A stretch of 64,000 bases of DNA, taken from the NCBI RefSeq assembly GCF_044704955.1, contig NC_091981.1:264926001-264990000 (forward strand), written 5' to 3'. The notes under the pieces were generated by a model. That model did not search any database. It saw nothing but the letters and a program-made list of their open reading frames with translations, and had not been told where the DNA came from. Shown here in pieces: positions 36,325-48,346 of this stretch. A program made the translations under genes and the position numbers. Source of the stretch: Pristiophorus japonicus. Lineage: Eukaryota. Each line of letters begins with the position of its first letter. Position 1 is the first letter of the stretch.

Positions 36325-39300
36325 GTGCTGGCTCTGCTGCACAGGAGGGCAGGAAAAAGAGTGGGAGAGCGATAGTGATAGGGGATTCAATTGTAAGGGG
36401 AATAGATAGGTGTTTCTGCGGCCGCAACCGAGACTCCAGGATGGTATATTGCCTCCCTGGTGCAAGGGTCAAGGATGTCTCGGAGCAGGTGCAGGACATT
36501 CTGAAAAGGGAGGGTGAACAGCCAGTTGTCGTGGTGCACATCGGTACCAACGATATAGGTAAAAAAAGGGATGAGGTCCTACGAGACGAATTTAAGGAGC
36601 TAGGAGCTAAATTAAAATGTAGGACCTCAAAAGTAGTAATCTCGGGATTGCGACCAGTGCCACGAGCTAGTCAGAGTAGGAATCGCAGGATAGCTCAGAT
36701 GAATACGTGGCTTGAGCAGTGGTGCAGCAGGGAGGGATTCAAATTCCTGGGGCATTGGAAGCGGTTCTGGGGGAGGTGGGATCAGTACAAACTGAACGGT
36801 CTGCACCTAGGCAGGACCGGAACCAATGTCCTCGGGGGAGTGTTTGCTGGCGCTGTTGGGGAGGAGTTAAACAAATATGGCAGGGGGATGGGAACCAATG
36901 CAGGGAGACAGAGGGAAACAAAATGGAGACAGAAGCAAAAGACAGAAAGGAGATGAGTAAAATTGGAGGGCAGAGAAACCCAAGGCAAAAAACAAAAAGG
37001 GCCACTGTACAGCAAAATTCTAAATGGTCAAAGTGTAATAAAAAGGCAAGCCTGAAAGCTCAGTGCCTCAATGCGAGGAGTATTCAGAACCCAGGAGAGG
37101 GCTCTGAGCTAGTTAGAGTGGGTGAGAGCTCAGATGAACAGGACCCCAAGAAAGAATGCAAAAGGCAGGAGGCAACAGAGCAGAGTAGCACTGGGGTAAG
37201 TGTAAACCACAAGATGATAGGAAGGGACAATATGTATGAATATAAAGGGGCTGCAGGAGGGGTCAAAACTAAAATTCATGGTTTAAAAACTAGTATTAAA
37301 ACGCTCTACCTAAACGCACGCAGCATTCGAAATAAAGTAAATGAGTTGACGGCACAAATCATTACAAATGGGTATGATTTGGTGGCCATTACAGAAACGT
37401 AGTTGCAGGGTGGCCAAGACTGGGAATTAAACATACAGGGGTATCTGACAATTCGGAAAGATAGACAAGAAGGGAAAGGAGGTGGGGTAGCTCTGTTAAT
37501 AAAGGATGATATCAGGGCAGTTGTGAGAGATGATATTGGCTCTAATGAACAAAATGTTGAATCATTGTGGGTGGAGATTAGAGATAGTAAGGGGAAAAAG
37601 TCACTGGTGGGCATAGTTTATAGGCCCCCAAATAATAACTTCATGGTGAGGCGGACAATAATCAAGGGAATAATGGAGGCATGTGAAAAAGGAATGGCAG
37701 TAATCATGGGGGATTTTAACCTACATATCGATTGGTCAAATCAAATCGCACGGGGTAGCCTTGAGGAGGAATTCATAGAATACATACGGGATTGTTTCTT
37801 AGAACAGTATGTTGCAGAACCAACAAGAGAGCAAGCTATCTTAGATCTGGTCCTGTGCAATGAGACAGGAATAATAAACGATCTCCTAGTAAAAGATCCT
37901 CTCGGAATGAGTGATCACAGTATGGTTGAATTTGTAATACAGATTGAGGGTGAAGAAGTAATGTCTCAAATGAGCGTACTATGCTTAAACAAAGGGGACT
38001 ACAGTGGGATGAGGGCAGAGTTGGCTAAAGTGGACTAGAAACACAGACTAAATGGTGGCACAATTGAGGAACAGTGGAGGACTTTTAAGGAGCTCTTTCA
38101 TAGTGCTCAACAAAAATATATTCCAGTGAAAAAGAAGGGCGGTAAGAGAAGGGATAACCAGCTGTGGATAACCAAGGAAATAAAGGAGAGTATCAAATTA
38201 AAAACCAATGCGTATAAGGTGGCCAAGGTTAGTGGGAAACTAGAAGATTGGGAAAATTTTAAACGACAGCAAAGAATGACTAAGAAAACAATAAAGAAAG
38301 GAAAGATAGATTACAAAAGTAAACTTGCGCAAAACATAAAAACAGATAGTAAAAGCTTTTACCGATATATAAACGGAAAGGAGTGACTAAAGTAAATGTT
38401 GGTCCCTTAGAAGATGAGAAGGGGGATTTAATAATGAGAAATGTGGAAATGGCTGAGACCTGAAACAATTATTTTGCTTCCGTCTTCACAGTGGAAGACA
38501 CAAAAACCATGCCAAAAATTGCTGGTCACAGGAATGTGGGAAGGGAGGACCTTGAGACAATCACTATCACTAGGGAGGCAGTGCTGGACATGCTAAGAGG
38601 ACTCAAGGTAGACAAGTCCCCTGGTCCTGATGAAATGCATCCCAGGGTATTAAAAGAGATGGCGGAAGTTATAGCAGATGCATTCGTTATAATCTACCAA
38701 AATTCTCTGGACTCTGAGGAGGTACCAGCGGATTGGAAAGCAGCTAATGTAACGCCTCTGTTTAAAAAAGGGGGCAGACAAAATGCAGGCAACTATAGGC
38801 CGGTTAGTTTAACATCTGTAGTGGAGAAAATGCTTGAAGCTATCATTAAGGAAGAAATAGTGGGACATCTAGATAGGAATAGTACAATCAGGCAACATGG
38901 ATTCACGAAGGGGAAATCATGTTTAACTAATTTACTGGAATTCTTTGAGGATATAACGAGCATGGTGGATAGAGGTGTACCGATGGATGTGGTGTATTTA
39001 GATTTCCAAAAGGCATTCGATAAGGTGCCACACAAAAGGTTACTGCAGAAAATAAAGGTACGCGGAGTCAGAGGAAATATATTAGCATGGATAGAGAATT
39101 GGCTGGCTAACAGAAAGCAGAAAGTCGGGATAAATGGGTCCTTTTCGTGTTGGAAATCAGTGGTTAGTGATGTGCCACAGGGATCGGTGCTGGGACCACA
39201 ACTGTTTACAATATACATAGATGACCTGGAAGAGGGGACAGAGTGTAGTGTATCAAAATTTGCAGATGACACAAAGATTAGTGGGAAAGCGGGTTGTGTA

Positions 39301-40180
39301 GAGGACACAGAGAGGCTGCAAAGAGATTTAGATAGGTTAAGCGAATGGGCTAAGGTTTGGCAGATGGAATACAATGTCGGAAAATGTGAGGTCATCCACC
39401 TTGGAAAAAAAACAGTAAAAGGGAATATTATTTGAATGGGGAGAAATTACAACATGCTGCGGTGCAGAGGGACCTGGGGGTCCTTGTGCATGAATCCCAA
39501 AAAGTTAGTTTGCAGGTGCAGCAGGTAATCAGGAAGGCGAATGGAATGTTGGCCTTCATTGCGAGAGGGATGGAGTACAAAAGCAGGGAGGTCCTGCTGC
39601 AACTGTACAGGTTATTGGTGAGGCCGCACCTGGAGTACTGCGTGCAGTTTTGGTCACCTTACTTAAGGAAGGATATACTAGCTTTGGAGCGGGTACAGAG
39701 ACGATTCACTGGGCTGATTCCGGAGATGAGGGGGTTACCTTATGATGATAGATTGAGTAGACTGGGTCTTTACTCGTTGGAGTTCAGAAAGATGAGGGGT
39801 GATCTTATAGAAACATTTAAAATAATGAAAGGGATTGACAAGATAGAGGCAGAGAGGTTGTTTCCACTGGTCGGACTAGAACTAGGGGGCACAGCCTCAA
39901 ACTACGTGGGAGCCAATTTAAAACCGAGTTGAGAAGGAATTTCTTCTCCCAGAGGGTTGTGAATCTGTGGAATTCTCTGCCCAAGGAAGCAGTTGAGGCT
40001 AGCTCATTGAATGTATTCAAATCACAGATCAATAGATTTTTAAACAATAAGGGAATTAAGGGTTCTGGGGAGCGGGCGGGTAAGTGGAGCTGAGTCCACG
40101 GCCAGATCAGCCATGATCTTTTTGAATGGCTCGAGGGGCTGGATGGCCTACTCCTGTTCCTAATTCTTATGTTCTTATGT
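36325..40180 (+). mobile_element. Long CR1 with subfamily-A ORF1/leader joined to a subfamily-B ORF2; inactivated
   Basis: ORF1 esterase 36375-36872; two LNARSI motifs in ORF 36719-37402; EN and RT motifs to ~40093; TTCTTATG tail. Confidence 0.9.
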
Positions 40181-40181
40181 A

Positions 40182-40588
40182 AAGCAAGTGCTCTACTCGG
40201 AGCTCCTTCATGGCAAACGAGTCAAAGTTGGGCAGCGGAAACACTATAAGGACACCCTCAAAGCCTTCCTGATAAAGTGCAACATCCCCACTGACACCTG
40301 GGAGTCCCTGGCCCAAGACCGCTCTAAGTGGAGGAAGTGCATCCGAGAGGCCGCTGAGCACCTCGAGTCTCAATGCCGAGAGCATGCAGAAATCAAGCGC
40401 AGACAGCGGAAAGAGCTTGCGGCAAACCAGTCCCACCCACCCCTTCCCTCAATGACTATCTGTCCCACCTGTGACAAAGTCTGCGGCTCTCGTATTGGAC
40501 TGTTCAGCCACCAAAGAACTCACTTCAGGAGTGGAAGCAAGTCTTCCTCGATTCCGAGGGACTGCCTATGATGATGATGATGATGATG
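40182..40588 (+). mobile_element. RTE 3' fragment
   Basis: LYSELLHGKR...CPTCDKVCGSRIGLFSHQRTH; (ATG)7 tail. Probably the continuation of the RTE piece at ~36240-36305 split by the CR1. Confidence 0.88.
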
Positions 40589-40764
40589 GGTCTGGAATGA
40601 TGTATACGCCAGACCGGGTAAGGACAGCAAAATTAGATTAAATTCCTCCAGCTGCCGTTGTGGTGGAATTTGACCTCACATCGCCGGAATATTAGTCCAG
40701 GCCTCTGGAATGCTAGTTCAGCAACATCACCACTATACTACCGTACTCCTAGTTATGGTCTAAG

Positions 40765-40905
40765 GGTTCTGACAAAAGGTCATCAACCTGAAACATTAAC
40801 TCTGTTTCTCTCTCTGCAGATGCTGCTTGACTTGATGTGTATTTCCAGCATTTTCCAGTTACATTTTTTTTTCCAGATTGCCAGCATCCACAGTATTTGG
40901 CTCTT
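40765..40905 (+). mobile_element. Short Penelope-like repeat with a degenerate hammerhead core
   Basis: CTGACAA-AAGGT-CATCA-ACCT-GAAAC followed by TTAACTCTGTTTCTCTCTC...AGATGCTGC; related piece at ~63240-63350. Confidence 0.5.
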
Positions 40906-41086
40906 TGTATAGTTTAAGGGCGCTCGTTGGGTGATTTAATCATCCTTGCTGATTAAGTCCACCCGGCTCCAATTTGAAAACCAAGGGCATGGACACAATG
41001 GGCCAAATGACCTTATTCTGTGTTGTCATTTTTCTATGATTCAACAGTCAGTCAGTCAATCATAGGCAGCCCCTCGGAATCGAGCA

Positions 41087-42255
41087 AACATAGAAACGTA
41101 GAAAATAGGCATTCGGCCATTCGAGCCTGCACCACCATTCAATAAGATCATGGCTGATCATTCTCCTCAGTACCCCTTTCCTGCTTTCTCTCCATACCCC
41201 TTGATCCTTTTCGCTGTAAGGGCCACATCTAACTCCCTCTTGAATATGTCCAATGAACTGGCATCAACAGCTCTCTGCGGTAAGGAATTCCACAGGTTAA
41301 CAACTCTCTGAGTGAAAAAGTTTGTCCTCATCTCAGTCCTAAATGGCTTACCCCTTATCCTTAGACTGTGTCCCCTGGTTCTAGACTTCCCCAACATTGG
41401 GAACATTCTTCCTGCATCTAACCTGTCCAGCCCCGTCAGAATTTTATCTGTTTCTATGAGATCCCCTCTCATCCTTCTAAACTCCAGTGAATACAGGCCC
41501 AGTCGATCCAGTCTCTCCTCATATGTCAGTCCTGCCATCCCAGGAATCAGTGTGGTGAATCTTTGCTGCACTCCCTCAATAGCAAGAACGTCCTTCCTCA
41601 GATTAGGAGACCAAAACTGAACACAATATTCCAGGTGAGGGCTCACTCAGGCCCTGTACAACTGCAGTAAGACCTCCCTGCTCCTATACTCAAATCCCCT
41701 AGCTATGAAGGCCAACATACCATTTGCCTTCTTCACCGCCTGCTGTACCTGCATGCCAACTTTCAATGACTGATGTATCATGACACCCAGGTCTCATTGT
41801 ACCCCCGCTTTTCCGAATCTGACATCATTCAGATAATATTCTGCCTTCATGTTTTTGACACCAAAGTGGATAACCTCACATTTAGCCACAGTGTACTGCA
41901 TCTGCCATGCGTTTGCCCACTCACCTAACCTGTCCAAGTCACCCTGCAGCCTCTTAGCATCCTCCTCACGGCTCACATTGCCACCCGCTTTAGTGTCATC
42001 CGCAAACTTGGAAATATTACACTCAAATCCTTCATCTAAATCATTAATGTATATTGTAAATAGCTGGAGTTCCAGCACTGAGCCCTGCGCCACCCCACTA
42101 GTCACTGCCTGCCATTCTGAAAAGAACCCGTTTATCCCGACTCTCTGCTTCCTGTCTGCCAACCAATTCTCTATCCACGTCAGTACATTACCCCCAATAC
42201 CATGTGCTTTAATTTTGCACACCAATTTCTTGTGTGGGACCTTGTCAAAAGCATT
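41087..42255 (-). mobile_element. CR1 subfamily A, 5'-truncated, inserted in an RTE 3' end
   Basis: RT motifs in ORFs 41794-42378 and 41167-41646; RTE tail remnant at 41058-41085. Confidence 0.9.
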
Positions 42256-42640
42256 TCTTTCACTCTTAACATGAGTTCTTAGATGGCTGAACAGTACAAT
42301 ACGAGAACCACAGTCTCTGTCACAGGTGGGACAGACAGTGGTTGAAGGAAAGGGTGGGCGGGGAGCCTGATTTGCCACACACTCCTTCTGCTGCCTGCGC
42401 TTGATTTCTGCATGCTCTCAGCGACGATACTCGAGGAGCTCAGCGCTCTCCCGGATGCACTTCCTCCATTTGGGGCAGTCTTTGGCCAGGGACTCCCAGG
42501 TGTCGGTGGGGATGTTGCACTTTTATCAGGGAGGCTTTGAGGGTGTCCTTGTCTCGTTTCCTCTGCCCGCCTTTGGCTCACTTGCTGTGGACGAGTCGCG
42601 AGTAGAGCGCTTGCTTTGGGAGTCTGGTGTCTGGCATGCA
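42256..42640 (-). mobile_element. RTE 3' fragment abutting the ESYT2 CpG island
   Basis: MPDTRLPKQAL...CPTCDRDCGSRIVLFSHLRTH on the minus strand. Confidence 0.88.
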
Positions 42641-42679
42641 GATTATGATTCAACAACAATAATGACAGCAGCAACAACA

Positions 42680-43029
42680 TTCGGTGGTTGGGGGGGGTCG
42701 GGTGAGGGAGCCTGTGCCGTCACGGGGAAGGCATGACGTCAGACAGGGAGGGATCGTGACGTTGTGGAGAGGGATGACGTCAGACGCAGGTGTGCTGCGT
42801 GCTCGGCGCTGCGTCTGTCGGTTGGGAGGGTGGAGCGCGGAGGCGGGGCTGGTGGCGCCGAGTGTGTGAGGGAGTCGGGAGACGGCGAGGGTGAGAGCAG
42901 CATCAGCAGGCAGCGCCACACAAGCCAGCTCGTCCAGGAGACACAGAGGCCGTCTGAACCGATCCACATTTAAATCGGGAGAGGGCCGGGGCGACTGAGG
43001 CCAGGCCCGAGCCCGAGCTGCAGCCGGAG
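42680..43029 (+). promoter_or_regulatory. ESYT2: CpG-island promoter / 5' UTR of ESYT2 with clustered CRE/ATF sites and a GC box
   Basis: High GC and CpG density; TGACGTCA at 42734-42741 and 42775-42782, TGACGT at 42757, CGTCA at 42718; GGAGGCGGGGC at ~42839. Confidence 0.8.
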
Positions 43030-43377
43030 ATGAGCGGACCGGCGGCCGCCGATGAGGACGAGAGGTGCCGGCGGCGGCAATCCAGCCTGGCCGACCAGCT
43101 GGAGCAGGAGCAGCAAGCGCCGCCGCAGATGATCAGCGTGGACGTGGCGGGCGTCCTGCTGCAGTTCTCCAAGACCTTTGTCATCATCTTCCCGGTGTAC
43201 GTGCTGGGCTACCTGGGGCTGAGCTTCAGCTGGGTGCTGATCGGGCTGCTCGTCTTCTTCTGGTGGCGGAGGAACCGCGGCAACAAGCGCTCCCGGCTGT
43301 TCCGGGCGCTGGCCTTCCTGGAGCACGAAGAGAAAACCGCGAAGGAGAACATCCAGAGCTCCGACCTCCCGCCCTGG
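43030..43377 (+). CDS. ESYT2: Extended synaptotagmin-2, coding exon 1 (116 codons; ER-membrane hairpin anchor)
   Basis: SVDVAG...PVYVLGYLGLSFSWVL...WWRRNRG.K..RL.RALAFLE.EE...DLPPW matches the E-Syt2 N-terminus as I recall it; phase-0 donor TGG|GTGCGT at 43378, where the protein would continue VHFPD; high GC3; lies in a CpG island. Confidence 0.93.
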
Positions 43378-44454
43378 GTGCGTATGGCTGCCTCCCTCAC
43401 CTTACCCTTGTGCCCGGCTTCCCTTCACTGGTCTCTTCAAAGGTCACCGCCAAGTGTTGAGCTGTGCCACATTTCACCCGAGCCAATGGGTTCTTGTCTC
43501 TTTTCCTCCCCCTCCCCCCTAGAAAATGTTTTAAAGTTAGGGATGTAGTCAAAATATGTAATCTATTCTAGCTTTAAAAGTTCACTGCACTTGTGGGGTT
43601 CATAAAGCAGGTTTGCATCTGGTAGGTTTAAGTTGTGTTTAAATGTTGTAATAACATGGACCTGCCATGCCTGCAGTGCAAGCGACAAGAGGCTGCTTTT
43701 GCAACGCTGAGAGTACAGGGCTACCATTGTGTAATACCTGTTCCTGTGTTTTTACCGTGTGCGCTTACTGGTAAATCCGGCTATCTCCGCTCAAGGAATA
43801 CCGGATTTTTGTTTTAGCTGAAATACCACATTTGGGATTCTCTCTTATACAATGGGCTGCACTCGGCACTTTACATTGGTGTTTTGTAAACGAACATCAG
43901 CATACTTGATGCTGGATTGTGCGCCTTGCAGTTGTGCCTTTGACAGTTACTTGGCAGAAAACGTCTCAATTAAAGTTGCCTCTTGGGGGTGCTGGGTATC
44001 ACAAAATGAGTATTTTGCTTAGCTGGTAGGGTGCCTCCTGGCTGCTTGGCACAGAGTAATTAGAAAGATGTGTGATTAGTTCTTAACCGCCTTGTTTTTC
44101 TTTTCCTTGACCCTTCACCTTCTACCCCCAAGATAAATATCTGAGAAGTGAGAGCTTGGGGTGGAGCCGGTGCGGTACAGTTAACTGGTTTTCAGCCCCA
44201 TACAAAGAGAGCATTCTTTTAGTTGGGTCGAAAGGGAACATGGCGTGGGGTGTTGCCCTGTGATACCATTATGTAGCTGGTAGTTGTGATGATAGTAATA
44301 TTTGTGGAAAATACATTACGGTGGAAGAAGCATAATTTCAGACTTGTCAAGTTTATTTGGCTCGGAGTAGATGCAGGCTTACTGCAGTATCTATTTTGCA
44401 TGTCTTGATATTCACACCGATCTTATCTGTAGTAATGTTACAGAACACTCCTAC

Positions 44455-45570
44455 TTTATTGTTTGATAAAGGAACACATCATAGACTTGTTAGCAAAACT
44501 TAAAGAGGCAGTGGCCGTGTGGATACAAAATTGCCGAAGAGACAGAAAGCACAGAGTAGTAGTGAATGGTTATTTTTCAGACTGGAGCGAAGAAGACTGT
44601 GTTGTCCCCCAGGGTGGGTATTGGGACCACTGCTCTTTTTGATATATGTTAATGATCTGGTTTTGGATATGTACAGGGCATAATTTCAAAGTTTGCAGAT
44701 GAGATGAAACTCGGAACTATAGTAAACAGTGAGGAGAATCGTAGCATACTTCAGGAGGACATAGACACACTGGTGAAAATGGGCAGACACATTTAATGCC
44801 GAGTCGTGTGACCTGTGTATTTTGGTAGGAAGAATGAGGAGAGCCAATATAAATTAAATGCTACAATTTTAAAGGGGCTGCAGGATCTGAAATCTGGTGG
44901 TGTACATGCACACATCTTTGAAAGTGGCTGGACGTGTTGAGAAGGCTGTTCGGAACAACATATGGGATCCTTGGCTTTATAAATAGAGGCACAGAGTACA
45001 AAAGCAAGGAAGTTATGCAGAACCTATGTAAATCACTGGTTAGGCCGCATCTGGAGTATTGTGTAAAATTCTGGGCACCATACCTTAGGAAGGATGTCAA
45101 GGCCTTTGCGTGGACGCAGAGGAGAATTACTAGAATGGTACAAGGGATGCAAGACTTCAATTACACGGAGACACTCGAGAAGCTGGGATTGTTCTCCATA
45201 GAGCAGAGAAGATTAAGGGGTGATTTGTTAGAGGTGTTTAAAATGATTGATTTTGATAGAGTAAATAAGAATAAACTGTTTCCAATGGCAGAAGGGTTAG
45301 TAAACAGGACACAAATTTAAGGTAACTTGCAAAAGAACCAGGGGTGACATGAGGAGAGTTTTTTGTGTATAGTTCGTTATTGTGATGTGGAATGCACTGC
45401 CTGATTCAGAGTCAATAATAACTTTCAAAAGGGAATTGGATAAATAAAGGGGAAAAATTTGCAGGGCTGTGGAGAAAGGGCAGGAAAGTGGGACTAACTG
45501 AACAGCTCTTTCAAGGAGCTGTCATGAGCACGATGGATCGAAAGGCTGCATGTGCTGTTCATTCTATGAT
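44455..45570 (+). mobile_element. Old CR1 RT/3' fragment in ESYT2 intron 1
   Basis: KFAD, LVRPHLEYCVKFWAP, RRLRGDL. Confidence 0.85.
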
Positions 45571-46774
45571 ATCAACAACAGTACAGGGCAGTAGAACACT
45601 TTAAGCTGAAAATAAATTTAGAAACTGATATGTGAAATTTGGAATAAGAATGAAATATGTTAAAATAACTAGTCTGAAGACCTGATTTGGTTTAATATTT
45701 AATAAAGAAAATCTCCTTTGGTGACAATGTGACTGTTAATGTCTGCAGTATAAAGTGGCAATATTGCCTCTATACCTTTAGGGGCATGCTATTTTATGTC
45801 GTCGATTTTTGATTTATACAAATGTAATTATTACATCTGTTGCAAATGCTGGAGATTTATGGATCTCAAGTAACACTGTGCTAGGTACATAAAGATACTG
45901 CTGCATTAGATTATTCACTTGCAGGACTGGACAATGTATAGTCAGTTGGAGCAGATGTTAGCACTGTATATTTGAGTCAGGAACAGTACAAATAACCAAA
46001 CTTGTACAGTTCAAAATTCAATAGCAAAAATTGTTCTTTTGAAAATTGTCATGTTAAAATGGATTTTTGCCATTTTCAATGTTTGATTTTAAAAGGGAGG
46101 TTTGTAAACACTTTAAATGTATTTCTTTAAGAACAGCAGAAACGCACAGAAGCACACAGAAAATTGGATCCCATAATGAAACATCGCACCATTTTCAAAT
46201 AATATGCAAGTGTCTGGGCATTGCAAGATTGTTTTAAAGTTATTTCTTTGCTCTTACTTTGGGCATAAATGTTAGTTTAGTCAACCAAGGATTAATATTT
46301 GTTTACACGCCAGGTGACTGTGCCTATAAAAAAAATACCCATTGCATTAACAGCACCAACGATTTTTAAAAGTTGGTTCACCTAAATACTCAATATTACA
46401 AATTCAATTTTCACCAATTGTAAATGTCCTTGTTGTGATTGATTTGTAGATAAATTATGTTTTGACCTAACTACTCAGCCAGGATTGAGACTAGGAGTGT
46501 GTGTGAAAATAATCCATGTGCAGTTCCTATAATTCTGTCGGTGCTCCTGAGTGGGAATGCAAATGTGCACGCTAGAACACAACAATAACTTGCATTTAAG
46601 TAGCGACTTTAATGAAGTAAAACATCCCAAGGCGCTTCATTGGAGTATTATCAAACAAATTATGACGCCAAACCATATAAGGAGATATTAGGTCACGTAC
46701 TTGGTCAAAGTGGTAGGTTTAGGTTGTGTTACTTTGATTCATGGGTTATAAATGCAGCTGCAGTCCCAAGACTG

Positions 46775-47560
46775 CCTACTTCCATCCCTGTAACATTGCC
46801 TGTATCTGTCCTTTTCTCAGCTCACCTGCTGCTGAAATCCTCATCTATGCAGTTGTTGCCTCTCGACTTGGCTATTTCAATGCTCTCCTGGCCGGCCTCC
46901 CATCTTCCACCCAACATAAGTTTGAGCTCATTCAAAACGCTGCTGCCTGTATCCTAACTCGCACCAAAACCCCTTCACCTGTCACCCCTGTGCTCGCTGA
47001 CCTACATTGGCTCCCAGTCTGGCAATTCCTCAATTTTAAAATTCTCATCCTTGTTTCATGAACTCGCCCGTCCCCATCTCGAACCTCCTCCAGCCTGGCA
47101 ACTCTCCGAGATCTCTGCGCTCCTCTAATTCTGACCAACTGCCCATCCCTGATTTTAATCACTCCACCATTAACAGTTGTACCTTCAGCTGCGTCGGCCC
47201 TAAGCTCTGGAATTCCCTCCCTAAACATCTCAGCCTCTTTACCTCTCTTTGCTTTAAGATGCTCCTTAAAACCTACCTCTTTGACCAAGCTTTTGGTCAC
47301 CTGTGCTAATATCTCCTTATAGAAACATAGAAAATAGGTGCAGGAGTAGGCCATTTGGCCCTTCGAGCCTGCACCCCCATTCAATATGATCATGGCTGAT
47401 CATTCACCTCAGTACCCCTTTCATGCTTTCTCTCCATACCCCGTGATCCCTTTAGCTGTAAGGGCCATGTGGCTTGGCATCAAATTTTGTTTGATAACAC
47501 TCCTGTGAAGTGTCTTGGGATATTTTACTACGTTAAAAGCGCTATTATAAATGCAAGTTA
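46775..47560 (+). mobile_element. L2 3' fragment with a nested CR1 tail (47320-47468, minus); an oppositely oriented L2 tail lies at 46585-46720
   Basis: AAEILIYAVVASRLGYFNALLAGLP...LIQNAAACILT...LHWLPV; tail GCGCTATTATAAATGCAAGTT. Confidence 0.85.
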
Positions 47561-47599
47561 TTGTTGGTGAATGGTTACATTGGAAGCATTTTCAGTAAT

Positions 47600-48346
47600 G
47601 GCCTGGATTTTAGGTTCAGCGGCGAAGGGACAGTGCTCGCCGTTGACCACAAAGTTGCTGGCAAAGATTTCGTGGGCTCCAGTGCGTCGATTTCCTCTAT
47701 TCAGACGTGACTTTGAATTTGGTGCCATGTGTGGCGTCAAGCAGCAGGCAGGCTGATCAGCCAATCAGATTGAAGAATTCTCACAGACAGCAAAGCAGGA
47801 AGTAAAAAAACAGCGAAATATAATTCACGTTTTAGGACATTGTACAGAAAGCAAAATAAAGATTGGGACATACGCATGGGATTAAGGTAGAAGTTGAAAC
47901 ATAATAAACTTCAAAGTAAAATAGAAATTAATTTTTATAATTTTAAAAATCATGGAATTTCTTAATGTTCGTCTGAGAGAATGAGACTCCCAACACTTGT
48001 AAAATTAGTTTTTTTCAGGGCAAGAGAGGTTGTTCAGCAGTAATTATGACTTGGTACACCATTTAAAAACTCAGCTACGTCTACGTCAACAAGGCGTAAC
48101 ATTTTCTTTGGTTTTTACAGCGAGACTAGTTCGTAAAATGTTGAAGTTCACGTCGATTTACTGATTCTGTGTTGATCGTGTCTGCAAAGACCGCAACAGC
48201 GCACTCTGTCAAGGAGCTGGGTAGCGCTGACAGCAACTTCCAATGAACTGCACATGTGCGGATGCCAGAAGTTGCTGTCAGTTTTACACAGCAATGATGG
48301 CAAATGCTGACCATTTCGCTGTCATTACAACCGCAAATTATGGGCT
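47600..48346. mobile_element. Old Harbinger-like MITE, related to 56309-57012 in opposite orientation
   Basis: Begins GGCCTGGATTTT; shares CCAATCAGATTGAAGAAT and GACAGCAACTT...AAGTTGCTGTC blocks; right TIR decayed. Confidence 0.55.

Noticed and set aside
43378-43548. C-terminal 56 aa of the 172-aa ORF
   Set aside because: Read-through into intron 1 past the GT donor; similarity to E-Syt2 stops at DLPPW.
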